NCBI RefSeq assembly: GCF_002075285.3
Contig: NZ_CP021983.2
Location: 3,060,001-3,092,000, forward strand
Reading direction: 5' to 3'
Length of the DNA: 32,000 nt
Source: Halomicronema hongdechloris C2206
GTDB lineage: Bacteria > Cyanobacteriota > Cyanobacteriia > Phormidesmidales > Phormidesmidaceae
In this document: positions 17,917-26,245 of the stretch, one piece after another
Layout of the letters: each line of letters opens with the position of its first letter
Position numbering within the stretch: the first letter of the stretch is position 1
Translations under genes and position numbers: made by a program
The notes under the pieces: model-generated
Database searches by the model: none
The model's input: only the letters and a program-made list of their open reading frames with translations
What the model was told of the DNA's origin: nothing

Positions 17917-18522
17917 ATGGCCTTCCATGCCCTTGATTGGCAGGGGTTCAAACAAATTCAGCAGATATTAGCCCAGCGCAGCCATGCCCGATTCACCTAC
18001 GATCAGGGAATTTTAGAGATCACTATGCCCCTGGAAGGCCATGAGCGATTTGCCCGGTTGATTGAACTATTTATTCGAATTATGGTGGTCGAGATGGGGG
18101 CGAAGATGAAGTCCATGGGGTCGACCACCCTGGAACGGGCAGATTTGCTCAAAAGCGCTGAGCCCGATAATGGATATTACCTCCAAAACTACCATCGGGT
18201 CGCCGACCACGAAGTCGACCTAGATCGTGACCCAGCGCCGGATCTGGTGGTGGAAGTGGATATTACCCACACAGACATTAATAAATGTGCCCTTTATGCC
18301 AGCCTGGGTGTCTCGGAATTTTGGCGCTTCGACGGCCGAGAATGGATCATTCTGTGCCTCGTCAACGACCAATACGTCCAGCGCGATCACTCGCCCACGT
18401 TCCCCTGGGTGGAGAAGGTCGATCTTTATACCTTCTTAGAGGCGGCGCTGGTGGATGAGGTGGCTGCCGAAGTAGACTGCCGCCAGTGGGTGCGTCGGCA
18501 GATTGATCGCGGTCTACAGTAA
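17917..18522 (+). CDS. Uma2 family (DUF820) restriction-endonuclease-like protein
   Basis: PD-(D/E)xK-like core: EPDNGYYL...[14 protein letters not shown]...[13 protein letters not shown]. The start is set at ATG 17917 ([11 protein letters not shown]). Confidence 0.8.
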   Translation: MAFHALDWQGFKQIQQILAQRSHARFTYDQGILEITMPLEGHERFARLIELFIRIMVVEMGAKMKSMGSTTLERADLLKSAEPDNGYYLQNYHRVADHEVDLDRDPAPDLVVEVDITHTDINKCALYASLGVSEFWRFDGREWIILCLVNDQYVQRDHSPTFPWVEKVDLYTFLEAALVDEVAAEVDCRQWVRRQIDRGLQ

Positions 18523-19674
18523 GCCCACAAAATGGAGGGGACCTTGGCCGCTGACTAACTCCAGCAGTAGAGCCAAGAAGCCCACCATGGCTAGGCGGCC
18601 ATTCCAGACCTCGGCGAAGGGAGTTAGGCCCCAAGCAGAGCGTTCTTGAGGGTAAAGCTTCACCTTCTCGGGTTGGACCACATCAGAGAATAGGCAGCGG
18701 GGAGCCTTTAGGGCTTCGACTACCATGTCGGCCATGTCATCGATGAAGCCGCCATGGGTGTTCAGGGCCGGGACCCGATGGAAGCCTTCGATGCCAGCTT
18801 CTTCGGCGATTTCACGATATTCGATGTCGATTTCTTGCAGGGTCTCGATGTGCTCAGAGACGAAGCTGATCGGCACTACCACCAAGTCTTTCACCCCTTG
18901 ATCGGCCAGGGTTGCGATCGCATCTTCGGTGTAGGGTTGTAACCACTCCATCGGTCCCACCCGGCTTTGATAGGCCAGGGTGTAATCATTGGGCCGGTTC
19001 AGGGCCTTCATAATCAGCTGGGTGCAGTGCTCGATCTCCTTCTGGTAGGGGTCTCCCGCTTCCTCCACATAGCTGCTCGGCACCCCATGGGCACTGAAAA
19101 AGACATGGGTGGCATCGGGGTCTGGCAACCGATCGAGTTCCCGAGCAATCAACTCAGCCATGGCCCGCACATAGCCGGGGCGACTGTACCACGTGGGAAT
19201 CAGCGTGTAGCTGATCCGCTGCAGACCAGGATCCTCTAGCCACAGACGCTCTAGCAGCCGAAAGCTAGAGCCGCTGGTACTGATGGAAAATTGGGGATAG
19301 AGGGGCAGGATGACCAACTGCTCAATGCTATCCCGCTTGATGCGAGCCACTGCCTCTTCGGTAAAGGGATACCAATAGCGCATGCCAATGTAAACATTGG
19401 CATCATGGCCCTTGTGCCGCAGACTGGCTTGTAAGGCCTGGGCCTGCTCTTCGGTAATGCGCCGCAGAGGAGAGCCACCACCGATCTGCTGATAATTGTC
19501 TTGGGACTGCTTAGCACGAGACGAAGAGATCAGCCAGGCTAGGGGTTTTTGCAGCCAGGGAAAAGGGAGACGAATGATCTCTGGATCCGAAAATAAATTG
19601 AACAGAAAGGGACGTACGTCCTCAATCTGTTCTGGCCCGCCCAAATTCAGCAGCAAAACCCCAACACGGCCCAT
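18514..19674 (-). CDS. hemH: Ferrochelatase with C-terminal CAB/Hlip-type transmembrane helix
   Basis: The N-terminus is [11 protein letters not shown]. The sequence also contains [14 protein letters not shown] and [15 protein letters not shown]. The cyanobacterial C-terminal extension [25 protein letters not shown] is present. Confidence 0.9.
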   Translation of the reverse strand: MGRVGVLLLNLGGPEQIEDVRPFLFNLFSDPEIIRLPFPWLQKPLAWLISSSRAKQSQDNYQQIGGGSPLRRITEEQAQALQASLRHKGHDANVYIGMRYWYPFTEEAVARIKRDSIEQLVILPLYPQFSISTSGSSFRLLERLWLEDPGLQRISYTLIPTWYSRPGYVRAMAELIARELDRLPDPDATHVFFSAHGVPSSYVEEAGDPYQKEIEHCTQLIMKALNRPNDYTLAYQSRVGPMEWLQPYTEDAIATLADQGVKDLVVVPISFVSEHIETLQEIDIEYREIAEEAGIEGFHRVPALNTHGGFIDDMADMVVEALKAPRCLFSDVVQPEKVKLYPQERSAWGLTPFAEVWNGRLAMVGFLALLLELVSGQGPLHFVGLL

Positions 19675-19944
19675 GGCAACAGCTCGTTTCCTAGACTTCT
19701 AATATTTCTTCGATTATCTTAACAATGATTCTATGACTGAAACATAAAACCTGAGATCACCTGTTCTCGGGCTTTAGGTGTGCTCGAACCTGGTTCATAA
19801 TGAGCCGCAAAGACGGGCTGTCGTGGCCCCTGACTGCTGAGCTAGACACTAGCTCCACCATTAAGGAACCCTAGCCTGAGATCAGAAAGGTGCAGGTATT
19901 CTACCAGGCTCTCCTCTCTAAAACAGCCAGCCGTTGCCAAATCC

Positions 19945-21096
19945 ATGACAGAGCTTTCTTCCCTTGATCCTCGCATCGATCAGGTGAATGCCCGCCTGAA
20001 GGCAGCCCGGCTGGGCCTGCGGATCGAGCGGCGGGGACAGACCTTGAATCTGCGGGGCACCCTTCCCCCTCGCCCCGGGAGTCACCGCCTGCGTAGCTAT
20101 CAGCAGCGGATTCCCCTGGGCATCCCGGCCACGAAGGCAGGGCTGAAACAGATCGAGCAGGAAGCTAAGGTGATCGCCGCCCGCCTGATCGAACACCGCT
20201 TTGACTGGCATGATTATTTACAGCCGGGGGGGCCAGCCCTGAGCAGCCGGGATCTGGATCAGCAGATTGAGGCCTTTCGCCAGCATTTTCTGGCCAGGCG
20301 CTGCTCCGACACAACCACCACCTCGGCGCACACCACCTGGGAGAAGGCCTACGCCCCCTACCTGCGGCAACTGCTGGTCCGATGCCAGCGCACCCCTTCC
20401 CTCAACCTACCGGAAGCCATCTACGCCACGGTGCAGGCCACCGCCGCCGATAGCCGCAGCCGCCAGGTCTGCTGCACCGCCCTGGCCGCCTTTGCCGAGT
20501 TTTATCGCATTGACCTACCCATTGAGCTAAAGCAATACTGGGGTCGCTACGGCAGTGGTCGCACCCAAAAGCGGGATCTGCCTGCCGATGCCGACATCGT
20601 GACCTGGTTTGAGCGTATTCCCAACCCGGCCTGGCGCTTCGTCTACGGCATCATGGCCAGCTATGGCCTACGCAACCACGAGGTCTTTTTCTGTGACTAC
20701 TCTGCCTTAGGGCAAGGAGATCCCGAGGCAGTTATTGCCGTCGACGAAACCACCAAGACGGGCTTCCATGAAGTCTGGCCCTTTCCACCCCAGTGGGTCG
20801 ATCAGTTTGGGCTCCGCTCTGTGCAACTGCCCCAGATTCAAACCGACCTCAGCCGCACCTCGCTACAGCGCATCGGTCAGCAGGTCACCACCCAGTTTCG
20901 CCGCTATGGCATCCCCTTCTCCCCCTATGATCTGCGCCATGCCTGGGCCGTACGTACCATCCTGATGGGCTTACCCGACACGGTGGCAGCTCGGATGATG
21001 GGCCATTCGGTGGCCATTCACAATCGTACCTACCAACGTTGGATCACCCGCCGCGACCAACAACAGGCCGTGCGCAATGCCCTGGGGCGAGGCTAG
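19945..21096 (+). CDS. Tyrosine-type site-specific recombinase/integrase
   Basis: The C-terminal catalytic region has GLRNHEV (Arg I), YDLRHAWAVR (HxxR) and MGHSVAIHNRTYQRW (His/Tyr nucleophile region). 383 aa, ATG start. Confidence 0.8.
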   Translation: MTELSSLDPRIDQVNARLKAARLGLRIERRGQTLNLRGTLPPRPGSHRLRSYQQRIPLGIPATKAGLKQIEQEAKVIAARLIEHRFDWHDYLQPGGPALSSRDLDQQIEAFRQHFLARRCSDTTTTSAHTTWEKAYAPYLRQLLVRCQRTPSLNLPEAIYATVQATAADSRSRQVCCTALAAFAEFYRIDLPIELKQYWGRYGSGRTQKRDLPADADIVTWFERIPNPAWRFVYGIMASYGLRNHEVFFCDYSALGQGDPEAVIAVDETTKTGFHEVWPFPPQWVDQFGLRSVQLPQIQTDLSRTSLQRIGQQVTTQFRRYGIPFSPYDLRHAWAVRTILMGLPDTVAARMMGHSVAIHNRTYQRWITRRDQQQAVRNALGRG

Positions 21097-21146
21097 GATG
21101 TCAGCCATGGCATCAGGGTGGGTGCTTGCCAGGCAACTTTCCTATA

Positions 21147-21680
21147 ATGGCGACATGGTCAGTAGAGGACTTCCCTGCGATGGCTGCCCTACCAGAAACC
21201 GCATCCTCTAGCCGAGTGACTTCGCCCCAGGATCGCCTGATCTTGTCCTATGTGCTCTGGGCCCTAGGCTGGTTTGGCATCCATGGTCTACATCGTCTCT
21301 ATAATGGCAAGATTTTTACTGGGTTGCTGTGGTTCTTTACCTTCGGCCTTCTCTATGTAGGCCAGTTTATCGATCTGTTTTTTGTCCCCAAGATGGCAGA
21401 AGAGTATCGCCTGAAGCGACTGGCTAAGGTTGGAGGAACCACAGGGTACCAAGGGGCCACCGCCACGGTGGTAGAGCCCAAGCCAGACCCGCGGGTAACG
21501 CTGCTGCGAGCGGCCCAAGCCCATGGGGGAAAACTGTCGGTGACCCAGGGGGTATTGGCCACTGGCTTGGGATTTGCCCAGGTGGAAACCTTGCTGACGG
21601 AGATGATGAAATCCGGCTATGTGGACATCGAAAATCATCCCGACAGCGGCATCGTCCTCTATCGATTCCTAGAACTGTAA
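21147..21680 (+). CDS. TM2 domain-containing membrane protein with soluble C-terminal domain
   Basis: The TM2 hairpin is LWALGWFGIHGLHRLYNGKIFTGLLWFFTFGLLYVGQFIDLFFVP. A ~70-aa helical C-terminal domain follows. The start is set at ATG 21147 (Met37 of the track ORF). Confidence 0.75.
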   Translation: MATWSVEDFPAMAALPETASSSRVTSPQDRLILSYVLWALGWFGIHGLHRLYNGKIFTGLLWFFTFGLLYVGQFIDLFFVPKMAEEYRLKRLAKVGGTTGYQGATATVVEPKPDPRVTLLRAAQAHGGKLSVTQGVLATGLGFAQVETLLTEMMKSGYVDIENHPDSGIVLYRFLEL

Positions 21681-21715
21681 GGCTTAGCTCCATAGATGGT
21701 GGGGAGTATTGATCA

Positions 21716-23785
21716 ATGAGCAATCGCTGCCGTTGGTACTGCTGGAGCTTGCTGGGGCTGCTCCTGGGTGGTTGGCTGGGGCTGCCCATGGCCCGGGCCA
21801 GTGCCCCGCGTGCTGCTGATCGCAGCGTCACTTGTGAAATCTTGATCGTCGGTGGGGGCCTAGCCGGTACAGCCGCCGCCTATGAGGGCTTGCTAGCTGG
21901 ACGCACCGTCTGTCTGACGGACATCACCGACTGGATCGGCGGCCAATTGTCATCCCAGGGCACCACTGCCCTAGACGAAGCCCGGCGGCAGCGGCAATTG
22001 CTATTTTATGCCCGCGGCTATCAGGAACTGCGCGATCGCATCCGTGAGCACTATGGTGAGCTCAACCCCGGCGACTGCTGGGTCAGTGCCACCTGCTTTC
22101 TACCGGCAGATGCCCATAACCTGCTGTCTGACATGTTGATGGCGGCAGCCGAGCGAGGCAATGGCGACCTGAAGTGGTTTCCCCATACCGTGGTCAAGGA
22201 CCTAAGCCTAGGAGCTGATGGTCGTCAAATTGAAGCAGTCACAGCGATTCGGCATCAGCCCGCCCCTGGCACCCCAGCGCTGAACAACCAGCCCCTGTCC
22301 CATATCCTTGCAGATGCCTACCACTATCAGGGGTCGGCCCGGTTGAGCAAGGAAATTATCCAATTTGTGCCCCTGCCTCCCGAGGCGGAGCCATCCGAGA
22401 AGCCGTCCACGGCGCCACCCGCCGACTGGTATGTGATCGAAGCCACCGAAACCGGCGAACTGGTGGCCTTGGCCCAGGTGCCCTATCGTCTGGGGCTCGA
22501 CCCGCGCTCTCCCCTCAATCCCTCCTCCCCAGTGGAAACCCAAGATCCCTATTGCACGCAAGGGTTTACCTATACCTTTGCCATGGAGCAGCTGGCGGAG
22601 CCTCAGATCCAGGTGATGCCACCCTTTTATCCTCAATATGCCTCCTACTACAGCTACGAACGGGCACGAGAGGGCTATTCGGCCCAGGATTATTTCGACT
22701 TTGTCTTCACCTATCGCCGCATCTGGAGCCCCCCGGTACCTGAGGATACTGGCACCATCATCGGGGTGGCTCGCCCCCATGTCGGCGATGTCTCCATGCA
22801 GAACTGGACCTGGGGCAATGATTACCGCCCGGGCACGGCCCAGGATAATTTGATCTACACCCAAGCCCAGCTTGAGCAACGGGGGCAATTGGAACCGGGG
22901 GGGATGGTGGGGGGACTGCGCCCTGGAGACCCTGCGTCGGGGGAGAAGAGAGAATGCCTAGGATTTTATTACTGGTTGGTGGCGGGTAACACCGATTCCC
23001 AGCTGGACGATAGCGTCAAGATACCGCATCCCAACCATCGCTTCCTGGCCGGCTTTGACACCCCCATGGGCACTGCCCACGGTCTGTCGAAATATCCCTA
23101 TATCCGAGAGGGCCGGCGCATTATCGGTCGCCCCGCCTACGGCTATCCCCAGGGGTTTGCCGTCCACGAGGTGGACTTTTCCTGGCAAGATTTTCGCGGC
23201 GAGTACTACCAAACTCAGCTCGATCCCCGCACCTATCTCCGCCTTTGGCGCAACCTGGCCGGGTTGGCCACCACTAGGGTGATCGAGCAGGGCACCCCAG
23301 CCGAGGAGATTCCCCGACGGATGCGATCGCGAATTTACCCCGATGCCGTCGGTATTGCCCAATACGCCATCGACTTTCATCCCTGCATGGCCCAGCATCC
23401 TCCCGAGGCCCCTGGCAACATCGAACGTCCTGGGGTGCGCCAGGCCCACGGCCAGGCCTATCCGGCTCAGATTCCGCTGCGGACCATGATTCCCCAAGAG
23501 ATTGACAACCTGCTGGTGGCAGGTAAGAGCATCGCCACCAGCACCATCGCCGCCGCCGCCTATCGAGTCCACTCCTTCGAGTGGTCGGCCGGGGCCGCCG
23601 CTGGCACCACCGTAGACTTCGCCCTAGACCAGGGACTATTGCCCTATCAACTAGTCGATGATCTGCCCCAATCCGAGCCCCAGTTAGAGCAACTGCGCTG
23701 GCGCCTGGAAGGTCAGGGAAACCCCACCGCCTTCCCTGGCACCTCCATTTTCAATGAAGCTTGGCAGGATTGGCGTCCCTGGTAG
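21716..23785 (+). CDS. FAD-dependent oxidoreductase with N-terminal signal peptide
   Basis: Signal-like N-terminus (WSLLGLLLGGWLGLPMARASA), then the Rossmann dinucleotide motif ILIVGGGLAGTAAAYEG. 689 aa. Two HIP1 sites lie inside the gene. Confidence 0.7.
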   Translation: MSNRCRWYCWSLLGLLLGGWLGLPMARASAPRAADRSVTCEILIVGGGLAGTAAAYEGLLAGRTVCLTDITDWIGGQLSSQGTTALDEARRQRQLLFYARGYQELRDRIREHYGELNPGDCWVSATCFLPADAHNLLSDMLMAAAERGNGDLKWFPHTVVKDLSLGADGRQIEAVTAIRHQPAPGTPALNNQPLSHILADAYHYQGSARLSKEIIQFVPLPPEAEPSEKPSTAPPADWYVIEATETGELVALAQVPYRLGLDPRSPLNPSSPVETQDPYCTQGFTYTFAMEQLAEPQIQVMPPFYPQYASYYSYERAREGYSAQDYFDFVFTYRRIWSPPVPEDTGTIIGVARPHVGDVSMQNWTWGNDYRPGTAQDNLIYTQAQLEQRGQLEPGGMVGGLRPGDPASGEKRECLGFYYWLVAGNTDSQLDDSVKIPHPNHRFLAGFDTPMGTAHGLSKYPYIREGRRIIGRPAYGYPQGFAVHEVDFSWQDFRGEYYQTQLDPRTYLRLWRNLAGLATTRVIEQGTPAEEIPRRMRSRIYPDAVGIAQYAIDFHPCMAQHPPEAPGNIERPGVRQAHGQAYPAQIPLRTMIPQEIDNLLVAGKSIATSTIAAAAYRVHSFEWSAGAAAGTTVDFALDQGLLPYQLVDDLPQSEPQLEQLRWRLEGQGNPTAFPGTSIFNEAWQDWRPW

Positions 23786-23877
23786 CCGGGGCCGTGCCCC
23801 TGGCTACCTGCTAACCTGTGGAGGCAGTGCTATATGCTGAATACCGTGGCTACTGACGCATCTGGGATTTTGACACG

Positions 23878-24511
23878 GTGGTGGCAACGTTTATTTTCGA
23901 TTTCGACGGCACCATTGCCGATAGTCTGGGGGCTATTGTTGCCATTACCAATCGCTTGGCCCCCCGATTTGGCTATGAGCCCAAGTCTCCGGCAGAGGTG
24001 GCTGACCTTAAGGACCTGCACACCCGCCAACTGCTGCGGCAGTCGGGACTATCTTGCTGCAGTGTACTGTGGCTGCTGCGGCGAGTGCGTCAGGATTTGC
24101 AACGGGAAATTCCTCACCTGCAGCCCTTCCCAGAGATGATTGAGGTGCTGACTACGTTGCATCAGCGGGGATATCGCCTGGGGATCTTGACCTCGAATAC
24201 GGCGGACAATGTGCACCTGTTTCTGAGGCTGCATGGCCTCAGTCCCCTGTTTGATTTTGTGTACACTGGAGCCACCCTCTTGGGTAAGCGACGGCCGCTG
24301 CGGCAGCTTCTGCGTCGCTATCAGCTAGACCCTGCCACCACTGTTTACGTTGGGGGATGAGGTCCGCGACATCGAAGCCACCCGGCAGACGGGCATCCGC
24401 TCGGTTGCAGTCACCTGGGGATTCAATAGCGAAAATGTACTGGCAGACCATCACCCTAATTTTCTGGTCTTGGCACCAGAGCAATTACTTGCGATCGCAG
24501 ATGCGCTATAG
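23878..24511 (+). pseudogene. HAD-superfamily phosphatase (phosphoglycolate-phosphatase-like) interrupted by a +1 frameshift
   Basis: The N-terminal part (23878-24360) carries motif I FDFDGTIADS and LGILTSN, and ends VYVGG-stop. The expected motif IV and tail (GDEVRDIEATRQTGIRSVAVTWGFNSENVLADHHPNFLVLAPEQLLAIADAL) continue in the +1 frame from 24356 to 24511. The join is a run of five G (24352-24356). Confidence 0.75.
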
Positions 24512-24538
24512 TCGTCCTGGAACAGGAAGGAGAGTGGG

Positions 24539-25189
24539 GTGACGGCAACCCAGACCCCTCGAGTATTGGTCGTCTTAAATGGCAAAGGTGGCGTCGGCAA
24601 AACGACCACCGCTGTTAACCTAGCTGCCGTCTTTGCAGAGACCCAATCGGTATTACTGGTCGATGCCGATCCCCAGGGTTCGGCCAGCTGGTGGGTAGAG
24701 CGCAACTCAGCCGCCTGGACATTTGATCTCACCCAGGAAACAAATCCTCATCTCTTGAGTCAACTCAAGACCGTCCAGACCTATCATTTAATTGTGGTTG
24801 ATACCCCCCCGGCCCTGGATTCTGAGGCACTCAATGCCGTTATTCCCATGGCCGACTATCTCTTGATGCCGACACCCCCGGCTCCCATGGATTTAGCCGC
24901 CGTCATTACCACCATCAAACGGGCGGTGATGACAGTGGGGGTGCCCCACCGAGTCCTACTGACCCGAGTTGACACCCGTTGCCTAGGGGAAGCCCTAGAC
25001 GCCCTGGCCACCCTAGCGGACGTTGGCATTGCCGCCTGTAAAACCTACATTCGGGCCTACAAAGCCCATGAGCGAGCGGCGTTAGAAGGAGTCCCAATTA
25101 CTTCTTGGCGCGGGGCCCACGGCTCGCAAGCCCGAGCAGACTACTGCCGCGTGGCAGAGGAACTAGAGCAAGAATGGAGCAAGCCATGA
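24539..25189 (+). CDS. ParA/MinD-family P-loop ATPase (candidate McdA-like partition ATPase)
   Basis: Deviant Walker A with the signature lysine ([19 protein letters not shown]), Walker B-like LIVVDTPP, and DADPQGS. 216 aa, GTG start with GGAAGGAG upstream. Confidence 0.85.
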   Translation: MTATQTPRVLVVLNGKGGVGKTTTAVNLAAVFAETQSVLLVDADPQGSASWWVERNSAAWTFDLTQETNPHLLSQLKTVQTYHLIVVDTPPALDSEALNAVIPMADYLLMPTPPAPMDLAAVITTIKRAVMTVGVPHRVLLTRVDTRCLGEALDALATLADVGIAACKTYIRAYKAHERAALEGVPITSWRGAHGSQARADYCRVAEELEQEWSKP

Positions 25190-25800
25190 CTAAAAAGCGT
25201 CTCTCTGACCTTCTCAAGGAAGAGGCACCTCCCCCTCAGGACGACCAAGAGAACCAGGCGCCTGAGGCTGCCCCGGCCCCGGCAGCCAAAGCCACCAAAC
25301 CCAACTCTTCTGATAAATCTAGTAGATCCAGCAGACGAGTCACAAAGGCTGACCTAGAGCAACAGGTGCAGGACCTGACAGAAACCCTAGCGGCTAGCCA
25401 ACAGCGGGAAGCCGCCCTGCAGATCAAGATTGATGACCTCCGGGCCGACCTCAAAGACCATCAGACACGTCTCTATGACCTCAAAGCAGAGTTGGCTCAG
25501 AGTCAGGCTGAGGGCAACGATAAGGCGACCCAGATTACCAACCTCACCCAGGAGCTTGCAGAAACCAAACAAGTCATCCTGAAAATGACCGAAGCCACTA
25601 CTAAACCAGCGGTAACGACTACGGCCGACGCCAAGACCGCTTCGGCTCGACCGGCCTTAGAGGCGAAACCACCTGCTGCAAAATCGCGTATGGTTCGCGG
25701 CCGCGACATCGTCAAAGACCGCCGCATTCCTGACTATGCCATTCAACGGGACGCCCAACCTAGCCTCCTCTCCGATGAGGATATCGGCTGGGTAGATTGA
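25186..25800 (+). CDS. Disordered/coiled-coil partner protein of the ParA-type ATPase (McdB-like candidate)
   Basis: Its ATG overlaps the ParA TGA (ATGA at 25186-25189). It has a charged, Pro/Ala-rich N-terminus and a central heptad-like Q/L/E-rich segment ([51 protein letters not shown]). The C-terminus ends in DEDIGWVD. Coding status is confident; the function is tentative. Confidence 0.6.
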   Translation: MTKKRLSDLLKEEAPPPQDDQENQAPEAAPAPAAKATKPNSSDKSSRSSRRVTKADLEQQVQDLTETLAASQQREAALQIKIDDLRADLKDHQTRLYDLKAELAQSQAEGNDKATQITNLTQELAETKQVILKMTEATTKPAVTTTADAKTASARPALEAKPPAAKSRMVRGRDIVKDRRIPDYAIQRDAQPSLLSDEDIGWVD

Positions 25801-25834
25801 TTCCGTTAGGCTGAAGCGTTTGTCTAGAGAAACC

Positions 25835-26215
25835 ATGAGTGAATTACTGCCGTTCCCGCTGGTGTTTAATGCCACGGTAATTGCTAGCGTCGCCCTCTGG
25901 GCCTTGGCTCTATACTTAGGGTTTTCTCCCCTGAGCCACTGGGTGGCCCATCAATTTAATCGCTGGCTGAACTTTGCTGAGCGCTCCCTATACACCTCTA
26001 AAGAAGAGTTTGAACGCACCCGCCGTGGTCGGGAAGCTCAGAACGCCTTTTTAGGCTCGCTGATGAGTATCGTGCCGTTTTTACTGGTCGGCGCTCTACT
26101 GAACTATGCCGTGGAAGTGGGCCTAGGGCGTAGTTGGGCCTTTAGCCTGGCCATGATTGCCTGTATTGGCGGTGGGGTATATGAACTGGGCCGCCACCAT
26201 GGGCAGGACCCCTAA
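25835..26215 (+). CDS. Small membrane protein, hypothetical (126 aa)
   Basis: ATG 25835. Three or four hydrophobic segments are separated by a charged loop (SLYTSKEEFERTRRGREAQ). It lies 35 nt downstream of the coiled-coil gene on the same strand. Confidence 0.5.
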   Translation: MSELLPFPLVFNATVIASVALWALALYLGFSPLSHWVAHQFNRWLNFAERSLYTSKEEFERTRRGREAQNAFLGSLMSIVPFLLVGALLNYAVEVGLGRSWAFSLAMIACIGGGVYELGRHHGQDP

Positions 26216-26245
26216 GGTCCCACCCAGATGTAGCAGGCCTAGCCC

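Noticed and set aside
19760-19815. A tRNA-like T-loop (minus strand reads CAGGTTCGAGC) upstream of the integrase, as a possible tRNA or att site
   Set aside because: The flanking bases do not form a T-stem, and no anticodon or acceptor stem can be drawn. It is a chance GGTTCGA-like match.
19750-19884. 10-nt direct repeat CCTGAGATCA (19750-19759 and 19875-19884) upstream of the integrase, as possible att or arm sites
   Set aside because: Both copies are on the same side of the integrase and only 125 nt apart. I found no matching copy at the far end of the putative element. The repeat is short enough to be chance.
22208-23572. 226-aa and 204-aa minus-strand ORFs inside the FAD oxidoreductase gene
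   Set aside because: Both are antisense to a well-supported 689-aa gene. The Gly/Arg/Pro-rich low-information sequence is typical of shadow ORFs.
24357-24542. 61-aa + strand ORF after the HAD gene
   Set aside because: It is in the wrong frame. The real HAD C-terminal motifs are in the adjacent frame starting at 24356, so this ORF is a by-product of the frameshift region.
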